From a virus (Duplodnaviria > Caudoviricetes), in the IMG/VR virus record IMGVR_UViG_3300021431_000076, positions 96,001-160,000 of that record: 64,000 nucleotides of DNA; one strand, given 5' to 3'. The position numbers and the translations under genes were made by a program. Shown here piece after piece: positions 56,579-64,000 of the stretch (positions are counted from its first letter, which is position 1; the number at the start of each line of letters is the position of its first letter). The notes under the pieces are model-generated. The model ran no database searches. It was not told where the DNA came from and worked only from the letters and a program-made list of their open reading frames with translations.

Positions 56579-56878
56579 TTAATGACCATACTCATTCTCA
56601 AATGATTTTTTAGCATTGTTTATTATGATATCAGTACAATGCTTGGTATCAAACATACCATGTTCTTTAAGCTTTTTGTAACAATCATCATATGACAGAT
56701 TATATTGATCTACCATATCATCTACAAAGTCTTTTACATGAGCTTTGCACCGACGTTCTCTTAAAACATTCAACACCTTCTTCTCATCATATTCACAAGA
56801 TTCATACACCCTGTCAACATCTCTCATTCTGTATCCAAGTTCTGTTTCAATAGAGTAAATCTCATCTTTAATAGCCAT
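56579..56878 (-). CDS. Hypothetical protein
   Basis: SD AAGGAGG; early motif at 56914-56921. Confidence 0.75.
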   Translation of the reverse strand: MAIKDEIYSIETELGYRMRDVDRVYESCEYDEKKVLNVLRERRCKAHVKDFVDDMVDQYNLSYDDCYKKLKEHGMFDTKHCTDIIINNAKKSFENEYGH

Positions 56879-56994
56879 TTTAACTATTCCTCCTTCACTC
56901 TCTACTCAATAGAATAGTATATATCTAAAAAATTTTTTACTTTGCAAAATTCGAAAAGATAAGTATTAGAGCTTATGCTCTAATACTATATTTG

Positions 56995-57324
56995 TTAGTC
57001 AATTACCATAAAACTAGAAACAAATTTATCTCTTTCCAAATTTACTATTACAGTATTATCCAATGTAACTTGAATTCTAGACGAACGTGGATCGTTCCAC
57101 CAATACCACTGTTGATTAGGATTCAATCTTAATTCCATTACTGGAGTAATAATAGTAGAATTAATCATAGGTTGACACAATCCAGGATTGCTCATACTAT
57201 GACTTACTGCTACAGTATATCCATCTTTAACTACTTTAGTTATATTAGTAGGTGGAGGAATAAGACCTAAGTTAAAATTACTCCTACTCATACTACTAAT
57301 TGGTTGAACTCCAATCATAGTCAT
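56995..57324 (-). CDS. Hypothetical protein
   Basis: SD AAAGGAG; start at about 57324 or 57318. Confidence 0.65.
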   Translation of the reverse strand: MTMIGVQPISSMSRSNFNLGLIPPPTNITKVVKDGYTVAVSHSMSNPGLCQPMINSTIITPVMELRLNPNQQWYWWNDPRSSRIQVTLDNTVIVNLERDKFVSSFMVID

Positions 57325-57335
57325 CACTCCTTTGA

Positions 57336-57950
57336 TTAATCTTCCCAATATACAGAAATTAGTGCATCTTTCTTAGCCATGTAATAATTTATATTTTCTA
57401 TAACACAATCTTTCCATTCTGAATTGCATTTATCCCAATAATACACAGATAACCATTTTCTAAAATACTCTATTGCTTCATCTAAGTTATTAGTAACCAT
57501 TTCTTTTCTTGGATGATGCCAATAACTATTAATGAACTCTTCATGAAATGGAAACTTCTTAGTCCATAACACATTAAGTGGAACTATTTTAGATTCCTTG
57601 TATTTAGGTTTTACTATGGAGTCGTATGTTTTTCCAATATAATCTTTCTCAATTTTGTAGTACGGACAAATATAATTAGAATATACTCTCTTTCTCAGAT
57701 AATATGTATTGATAAAGGAATTATGTCCATGATAAAATTTACGTTTATCCAATGTTTTCCAAGAACTTATTTCCCAAATAGCTGAAAGGGATAAATCATC
57801 ATCATATTGGGTTCCATCCTTTTTATAGAACTTGTATTCTTTATTAGTATACGTTATCTTATTTCCAACTATATTCCCAATCAATTCATCTCTTGCAAAT
57901 TCTATTTCTAGTGGTTCAAACACTCTTAAGATTACATCACACCGCTCCAT
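57336..57950 (-). CDS. Hypothetical protein
   Basis: SD AGAGAGG; within operon. Confidence 0.7.
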   Translation of the reverse strand: MERCDVILRVFEPLEIEFARDELIGNIVGNKITYTNKEYKFYKKDGTQYDDDLSLSAIWEISSWKTLDKRKFYHGHNSFINTYYLRKRVYSNYICPYYKIEKDYIGKTYDSIVKPKYKESKIVPLNVLWTKKFPFHEEFINSYWHHPRKEMVTNNLDEAIEYFRKWLSVYYWDKCNSEWKDCVIENINYYMAKKDALISVYWED

Positions 57951-57966
57951 AGTAAATTACCTCTCT

Positions 57967-58260
57967 TTAAAATCCTAATTGATCTTTAATATATCTAAAA
58001 TCTCCCTCCAATTCTTTAGGTAATAGTCCTCTTTTGAATAATATATTAGATAGGTTATTGATTAATCTACCAGCATCTCTTCTTTTAAAGAAATTTCTCT
58101 GATCTGTATCTGCTGCTATTCCAATATCATATTTAAAATCATTAATAGCAGATACTAACCTTGACATTTCACTTGCATCTGCAGTATATACTTTTTTCAC
58201 CTCTTCTGTACCTGGAATTTTTACTTCTTTTAATACTTTCTTTACTTTAGATCTAGGCAT
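57967..58260 (-). CDS. Hypothetical protein
   Basis: SD GAGGAG; early motif at 58295-58302. Confidence 0.7.
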   Translation of the reverse strand: MPRSKVKKVLKEVKIPGTEEVKKVYTADASEMSRLVSAINDFKYDIGIAADTDQRNFFKRRDAGRLINNLSNILFKRGLLPKELEGDFRYIKDQLGF

Positions 58261-58322
58261 TTACATTCTCCTCTCTTAATCTACCTACAATAAAATAGTA
58301 TATATCTATAAAAAATATTAAA

Positions 58323-58353
58323 AAAGAAACAGGATGTAGAGTCCTGTTTCTTT
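58323..58353 (-). terminator. Terminator, same family as 49834-49868
   Basis: 12-bp stem with an identical 7-nt loop. Confidence 0.8.
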
Positions 58354-58358
58354 CCTGA

Positions 58359-58739
58359 TCATTTGAGAAATGCATATTTATAATCATTCTCAAATATCTT
58401 TTTTATCTCTTTCTTAAATACCTCCTGTTGGTATTCTGAAAAGGGTTTTGTTTTTACTGTTATTTCCACATCCTTTCTATCTCTTTTTGCTAAGATATAG
58501 AAAGAACTTTGTTCTTCTACGGATTCATGATGAGTAATATTTTCTAATGAAAATTCACCTCCTTCCTTTTCAAACAGATTTAGATCTTCTTTGAGAGCTT
58601 CCATGAACTCTCCGCAACATTGATAAACCATTTTGAAACCTTTATCGGTTTCTACTAAACAAGATCCGCTTTCAGTGAATACCCCTAAATATTCAGACAG
58701 TTCGGACATTGCTGCTTCTTTGGAAATGTTTTTCTTCAT
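58359..58739 (-). CDS. Early hypothetical protein
   Basis: SD AAGGAGGT; N-terminus NISKEAAMSELS resembles NISINAAKASEVS of the 50317 protein. Confidence 0.75.
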   Translation of the reverse strand: MKKNISKEAAMSELSEYLGVFTESGSCLVETDKGFKMVYQCCGEFMEALKEDLNLFEKEGGEFSLENITHHESVEEQSSFYILAKRDRKDVEITVKTKPFSEYQQEVFKKEIKKIFENDYKYAFLK

Positions 58740-58804
58740 GATAAAGTTACCTCCTTATCAAATACATGAACTACATCTTCTCGTGTAGTTCTTTACTTTA
58801 TCAC
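58737..58804 (-). promoter_or_regulatory. Structured 5' leader, copy C
   Basis: GUGAUAAAGU pairs with ACUUUAUCAU at the start codon; hairpin GAACUACA-CGAGAAGA-UGUAGUUC. Confidence 0.7.
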
Positions 58805-58828
58805 AGTTATAATATGCAACTAAAAAAA

Positions 58829-58942
58829 TAAAAAATGACATGATGCGGAAGAGATCTGTTTCTGACTTCAGATCTCTTGGTAATGTGTTAACTATCAATT
58901 TCCCCCAAAATTAATAATACTCCTTCATCCACATCACATCAC
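58829..58942 (-). ncRNA. Candidate early ncRNA of about 115 nt with paired ends
   Basis: Promoter at 58947-58954; 15-bp 5'/3' helix with four G-U pairs that form only on the minus strand; internal 10-bp hairpin; U-tract. Confidence 0.6.
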
Positions 58943-59031
58943 TATTATAATATATAACTATAATTTGGTTTACTTTGCAGAATCAAAATACGCTTTTAGT
59001 GTATTTTTAAATTCATGCTATTCCCCTAAAT

Positions 59032-59208
59032 TTAATCTTTCTCTTTCTGGTCTAATATTGCTTTAATAGCAGACACATTATCTTCTATTGCATCTACCAG
59101 CATATCAACCACAAAGGTCTTTTTAGGATCTGGATTTGGACCCAACGCTTCCAAGATATTTCCCTTTAGCATCTCGAAGTTGTCTTCAATCTCATCCATA
59201 GGATTCAT
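59032..59208 (-). CDS. Small acidic protein (58 aa, MNPMDEIEDNF...)
   Basis: Below ORF-track cutoff; SD AAGGAG lies inside the end of the upstream gene. Confidence 0.65.
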   Translation of the reverse strand: MNPMDEIEDNFEMLKGNILEALGPNPDPKKTFVVDMLVDAIEDNVSAIKAILDQKEKD

Positions 59209-59209
59209 G

Positions 59210-59473
59210 TTATTTCAACTCCTTAAAATATTCCCTTAGTTTATCCCTGAATTTTTCTTCAGATTCACAAGATTTCCTAATGTTAGTTACCTCCTTCTTT
59301 ATAGAATTGAAATCTTCTTCAAACTTATTGATTCTAGGATGTAGTATCTTAATACTATTCATTACAGTATCAATAGTTTGAAGCATTCTCTCATTAGCTT
59401 CAGAGATCTTGATAATTGCATCTACCAGATCTTCTTTGCTTAATTTAAGAAGGGATTCTTTTGATATCACCAT
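59210..59473 (-). CDS. Coiled-coil hypothetical protein
   Basis: SD AAAGGAGGTG favours ATG 59473; early motif at 59528-59535. Confidence 0.7.
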   Translation of the reverse strand: MVISKESLLKLSKEDLVDAIIKISEANERMLQTIDTVMNSIKILHPRINKFEEDFNSIKKEVTNIRKSCESEEKFRDKLREYFKELK

Positions 59474-59585
59474 TTGTTTCACCTCCTTTCAAAAGTATAC
59501 CTCTCTCACATACTCATACTCATAAAAATAGTATATAACTGAAAATTTGAACCCTCTTCAAAAATAGAGTGAAAGATACTAAGAC

Positions 59586-59598
59586 GACATTTACATAA
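59586..59598 (+). promoter_or_regulatory. Late-type promoter GACA-N6-TAA
   Basis: Upstream of the last plus-strand block. Confidence 0.7.
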
Positions 59599-59638
59599 AT
59601 TGAGATCTAATTATTTCATAAGGGAGGAATATATACAG

Positions 59639-60619
59639 ATGAGCGACATCAAAACATATTCTGATACTTATTTATATCAGAAATATCCTATTTATACAAA
59701 GAAACTTACAGATGCTATTATGAGAGATCCTGTAATTGAAAAGAATGCAGATACATTCTCAGATGTAGAGTATGTAGTTAAGAAAGCAAGAATCTCTGAT
59801 TCTTTAGTAAACATTCTCAAATCTAGAAATGTTATACTGTTAGCATGTGAAGATCCTCTTCCTAGAGCATTTAAAGTATTTGCTGCTAGAGATATGAAAT
59901 CTAAAGATAGAGCACTTAGAATCTTCATAGACTGTACTGGTGTAATTACTAAGTCTAAAACTTCTATGGATTATACTGTAAATGAATCTAAGCTTTTATC
60001 ATATCTATTATCTGCTGGTGTTACTATGGCTTATCATAAAGATGCTAGTATGATTACTAGAAGAAGTGCACTAGTTACTGGTTCAACAGAAGCATTTGCT
60101 AAATGCTTTACTTTCATTATAGACTATCTAACTAAAGTATCTATTCAGGAATCTAGTAAAGTAAAGGTAATGTATCTATCTTCGATGTATTTCCTAATTG
60201 GTCAGTTAGGATTAGATGAATCTAGAGCACAACCTATTGCTAAGAAGATTGCTGGTATTTCTGAAAGGGAAGCTACTATGCTAGATATGCTTCTAGAGAA
60301 ATATAGTGTTCCTAAGGGTGGAAATACTAGAGATCATTCTCCATATGAGAATATCAAAGTCTTTGTATCTGCTCTTAGAGAAGTAATGCATTTCAATGCT
60401 AAAACTATTAGTGTAGATATTGTAGTAGAGAGATGGATGCATTCTTATGGTGTAGGAACAGTATTTGCATTAGAATATTTCCCAGCATTCTCTGCTATGA
60501 TGACTGATGCTTATATTGGTGGTTATCTAAACTCTCAGAAGACTATAGAAAAAGTTTGTGGATCTACTATGGTTCAATATTCTAAGGATGCAATAGACTT
60601 TGTAAGTAGTTTAGCATAA
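59639..60619 (+). CDS. Hypothetical late protein, probably virion-associated
   Basis: SD AGGGAGG favours ATG 59639; late promoter upstream. Confidence 0.7.
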   Translation: MSDIKTYSDTYLYQKYPIYTKKLTDAIMRDPVIEKNADTFSDVEYVVKKARISDSLVNILKSRNVILLACEDPLPRAFKVFAARDMKSKDRALRIFIDCTGVITKSKTSMDYTVNESKLLSYLLSAGVTMAYHKDASMITRRSALVTGSTEAFAKCFTFIIDYLTKVSIQESSKVKVMYLSSMYFLIGQLGLDESRAQPIAKKIAGISEREATMLDMLLEKYSVPKGGNTRDHSPYENIKVFVSALREVMHFNAKTISVDIVVERWMHSYGVGTVFALEYFPAFSAMMTDAYIGGYLNSQKTIEKVCGSTMVQYSKDAIDFVSSLA

Positions 60620-60634
60620 GAAAGTAGTGATAAG

Positions 60635-63600
60635 ATGAATATATTTGGCAGATTCTTATTACAACTAAACTTTGATTCTAATGGGTGTACTGATACAAGA
60701 GTTGCTAATGTAGGAGAAGTAAACTTTGAAACAGAATCTGCTATTAAAAGAGATCAAGGAAGATCTGCATATTTTCCTCCATATTCTAATGCAGGACTAA
60801 GATTTACAGATTCTACCAATAGTATCAAGTCTCTATTAGAAGATCCTAATAAAGAATTTACTATCTATTTTAACTACAAGATCAATAGAAGATATATAAG
60901 AAGAGATATGACTATCCTTCCAATTATATCTTATAGGGTAGGGAATGATATCATACCTTGTGTTTATATAAATAAAGGAAAGAATCTAGTATTAGACTTA
61001 GAATTTGCTGATCAAAGGCTCAAATTCTATTCTAGAGATATATCTTATACATTGAATGATAGATGGCATAATATAGTAATCACTAGGATAAGAAATACAT
61101 ATGCAATATATGTAGATGGTGTAAAGAATACAGAGTCTATAAACTACAATGGAGTTAAGTTTGGTGAACTATATGTAGGATTATATAGACTAACCTCTTC
61201 TAATATAGCCAAAACTTTTCATAATGGATGCTTAGATGATATATGTATAACAGATAAGGTTAATTATTTCGAAAACTTTGTTCCTCCAACTCTATATTGG
61301 AAAGGTTATGACTCAATAGATAACTTTCCTTATCATAGTATGCATAATATAAACAATCTAGATCCAGATTTAGCATTCCAAATGGAAAAGAATAGAGAAC
61401 ATACTGTACAGCAGATTATAAGAAATCAAGCAGGAAATATACCATATAGAATGAAGATAGAATGGTATACAGATAATGAATATTTCATTAATGATACAGA
61501 ATTGGTTAGAGTTAGAGATGATAAGAGGACTTATACAGTTCTAAGAATTTTCATGGTAGAAAATCTTCATATGTTTGTAGATAATACAGAAAGATTTGGT
61601 GAATGGGATGCTTTTACTGAAGTATCTATCAAATACACTATGTGGCCATTTGTATTATTTATAAATAAGAAGTTCATTGCTCTTAGTAGAATAAGAATAA
61701 TCAAATCTGATCATTGGTATACATTTATTATTCAAGATCTTCCTGCTACTGTTAAAGTAACAGACGTAAAGATGCTATTCATTCCTTTCAGATGCCTATA
61801 TGAAGAATATAGAGGAGAAAGACCAGATAAGCAAGTCTTATATTCTTTTAAAGAGAATGGAAAATTTGCTACAGATGGAGCAGACTTCTATTATTATCTA
61901 GATGATATACGAAATCCTAATCTTAAATGTAGTGGTATAAGAAGAGAAGTTATACCAGATTCTATATTAAAATATGAACCTCCTGGAAGTGGACCAGTAG
62001 AAAGTACACAATTAATGCATTACTCTTGGAGATATGGAAACTTTGAGACTAAAAGAAATGATGGTACTTCTACATATGTATATTTTATGGCTTGGGATAA
62101 TGGTTTTATAAAACCAGGAGATGAAGTTCTATTATATGCTGGAACTACATTGATAGATAAGGTTCACTATAGAGTAGTAGGATATGACCTTTTAGAGTTC
62201 TTCAACTATTATACACTAGGAATAGAAAACAAACTAATCACTATGTGTATAATAACTGATAATAGAGAAAATGAGTGGTTATTCCAAGACTATACAGATA
62301 CAAAAGTGGTACAAGTAACAGCCACGCAAAATAATCAAAATGTATTCAAAATACCAGATGTAAGTGATGATATGAGTGTACAGTTTGACAAATTCTTACT
62401 ATTCAAAGGATCTGTATCTTTAGAGAACTATAAGAGGTATAAGATAAACTATGAAAACGGAACAGTAGTTTTACTACATCCATCAGATTGGATGGCTTTA
62501 GGAAGAAATCTAACTTTTGTATTCGTAAGATTACATAAAGGGGATGAATGGGGTCCATTCTGGATGAAACCTATATTCCAATATATAGAGATAGATGTTA
62601 CTGATTCTATAAATGGATTTACTTCTGCTAATCCTCTTAAATCATTTGATCTTCCTGATCCTCAAAAATATAAGTATACTATGAGCAATACTATGCTCTA
62701 TGTTCATGATACGTTTATTCCTCCTCAAAGATATAGAATAGTAAATAATAAAACTGTAGAATTTGTTCAACCTGGAGATGGATTGTTAGGATTTCCTAAT
62801 ATAACTATAGTTCTTATCAAGATGGCAACTCAGTTAGAGAAAGATACTGCTAGAAATAAGATGGTAATAGAGCAGTATAGAAAAGGAAAGAGATTTGTCC
62901 TAACAAATACTGGTATAGATAAGAAGAGAAAGATTACTCTAGAAAATATAACTGCATTTGATCAAAATGGAGAATATGTAGATGATCTAATGGGATATAT
63001 CTATAATATGAATGTAATCAAACAGTTATATACTTCTGATCCTATGAAAAGAGTAGTAGAGTCTATACAGATAATATATCACGATTGGTCTGCAGAAAAC
63101 TATTCTAATATAACTTTACCAGATAATGATAACTATATTAAAAACTATCTGTGTATGTTTACAGAGTTTGAAGAACTAGATAAACATTTTGATGAATTCA
63201 TATCTGAATATGAAGATAAATATAGAAAGTATTTCCCATGGGCTAGTCCTAAGATACAATACCAATATGGAGTTAATCTAGCCAAGGAATTACAATATCA
63301 GACGTATTATAATCAAGATAAGTTTGATGCAGTTTATGAACGTAAAAGAACTGTTACTAGGAAGACATTCAACAAAGATACTATGAATGCTGAACTCAAA
63401 TTAGTAAATGGAAGATATACTATGAGTATTCCTCAGAATACTAAATGGTTTATCAATAATATATATGATACATATTCTCTATTCTTTAGAAATGGATATC
63501 TCATAGACCATGAACAATCAGTAAAATATGTAGGTAATGAATGTAAACTAAGTTTACCTTCTAAACTTACTACATATGAATGGTTTGAATCTATTGATTG

Positions 63601-64000
63601 TCATAAACAATTAAATAGACTTGATCCAATACCTTATGGAATAAAGAACTTCAATCCTCCTGCTAGTATAAATTATATACCAAATCCTTATTCTCCATCT
63701 GGTACTAATATATATAAGGATATAAACATGACAGTCATTGTACAAGAACACCATTATCAAGATATACTCAATATATCTGTGAAAGTAGATTGGTTCTATA
63801 AAACCAATATTGCTATCAATGAATTACCACCTGATAGAATAAAAGATATAAGTATTAATCTACATACTTCTGCAGATTGGCAGAAAGATCCTCTTATGAC
63901 TATATCTATTACTACTTGGACAGATCCTCCTCCATATGTACCACCTGCTGGATGGAAAGGTCCAGAATACTATGATATCTATTGCAAAATTACTACAACT
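60635..64000 (+). CDS. Large structural protein with N-terminal LamG-like domain, truncated at the window end
   Basis: Not in ORF track because it has no stop. Starts MNIFGRFLLQLNF; EFTIYF...WHNIVITR...YVDG...LDDICI motifs; same frame at both ends (1122 codons). Confidence 0.75.
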   Translation, partial: MNIFGRFLLQLNFDSNGCTDTRVANVGEVNFETESAIKRDQGRSAYFPPYSNAGLRFTDSTNSIKSLLEDPNKEFTIYFNYKINRRYIRRDMTILPIISYRVGNDIIPCVYINKGKNLVLDLEFADQRLKFYSRDISYTLNDRWHNIVITRIRNTYAIYVDGVKNTESINYNGVKFGELYVGLYRLTSSNIAKTFHNGCLDDICITDKVNYFENFVPPTLYWKGYDSIDNFPYHSMHNINNLDPDLAFQMEKNREHTVQQIIRNQAGNIPYRMKIEWYTDNEYFINDTELVRVRDDKRTYTVLRIFMVENLHMFVDNTERFGEWDAFTEVSIKYTMWPFVLFINKKFIALSRIRIIKSDHWYTFIIQDLPATVKVTDVKMLFIPFRCLYEEYRGERPDKQVLYSFKENGKFATDGADFYYYLDDIRNPNLKCSGIRREVIPDSILKYEPPGSGPVESTQLMHYSWRYGNFETKRNDGTSTYVYFMAWDNGFIKPGDEVLLYAGTTLIDKVHYRVVGYDLLEFFNYYTLGIENKLITMCIITDNRENEWLFQDYTDTKVVQVTATQNNQNVFKIPDVSDDMSVQFDKFLLFKGSVSLENYKRYKINYENGTVVLLHPSDWMALGRNLTFVFVRLHKGDEWGPFWMKPIFQYIEIDVTDSINGFTSANPLKSFDLPDPQKYKYTMSNTMLYVHDTFIPPQRYRIVNNKTVEFVQPGDGLLGFPNITIVLIKMATQLEKDTARNKMVIEQYRKGKRFVLTNTGIDKKRKITLENITAFDQNGEYVDDLMGYIYNMNVIKQLYTSDPMKRVVESIQIIYHDWSAENYSNITLPDNDNYIKNYLCMFTEFEELDKHFDEFISEYEDKYRKYFPWASPKIQYQYGVNLAKELQYQTYYNQDKFDAVYERKRTVTRKTFNKDTMNAELKLVNGRYTMSIPQNTKWFINNIYDTYSLFFRNGYLIDHEQSVKYVGNECKLSLPSKLTTYEWFESIDCHKQLNRLDPIPYGIKNFNPPASINYIPNPYSPSGTNIYKDINMTVIVQEHHYQDILNISVKVDWFYKTNIAINELPPDRIKDISINLHTSADWQKDPLMTISITTWTDPPPYVPPAGWKGPEYYDIYCKITTT

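Noticed and set aside
58829-58942. 6S RNA or tRNA-like identity for the end-paired RNA
   Set aside because: The bubble is one-sided, the RNA is short for 6S, and there is no cloverleaf, T-loop or CCA.
58996-59016. Micro-ORF MNLKIH after an AGGGGA SD
   Set aside because: Six codons with no dedicated promoter or terminator; cannot be distinguished from chance.
142-59928. Many 60-130 aa ORFs in the track that overlap larger genes on the opposite strand or in another frame
   Set aside because: No SD or promoter support; typical shadow ORFs of AT-rich coding DNA.
1-64000. Stop-codon reassignment
   Set aside because: Long genes are intact and densely packed under the standard code, and the only tRNA is not a suppressor.

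Overview
AT-rich fragment of a jumbo tailed phage genome. Its promoter motifs resemble those of Bacillus phage AR9/PBS1, and the host is probably a Bacillota (inference). Layout: (1) 1-6.4 kb holds mostly minus-strand hypothetical genes and stand-alone early micro-units. (2) 6.5-33.6 kb is a plus-strand late block of two membrane proteins plus about 17 lectin-like, Ig-like, beta-propeller, DNRLRE-like and small beta-rich proteins with internal paralogy, which looks like a fibre or appendage assembly locus. (3) 33.7-59.5 kb is a minus-strand replication and metabolism block: dCMP deaminase-like, dUTPase, tRNA-Arg(UCU), DHH phosphoesterase, GyrB/ParE-like, Dda/RecD-like helicase, DnaB-like, SbcD-like, XpaC-TelA and a PD-(D/E)XK nuclease, with two baseplate-like genes on the plus strand. 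(4) From 59.6 kb another late structural block begins. Two promoter motifs recur in the intergenic DNA: TATA(T/C)TAT and NAC(A/T)-N6-TRR. The least explained signal is an RNA-level regulatory layer: a covarying 5' leader that pairs with the start codon in three unlinked early genes, a candidate late sRNA with two anti-RBS seeds matching mRNAs in this window, end-paired ncRNA candidates, and a stand-alone 13-codon Arg-rich micro-gene. All family calls come from motif recognition by eye; no searches were run.
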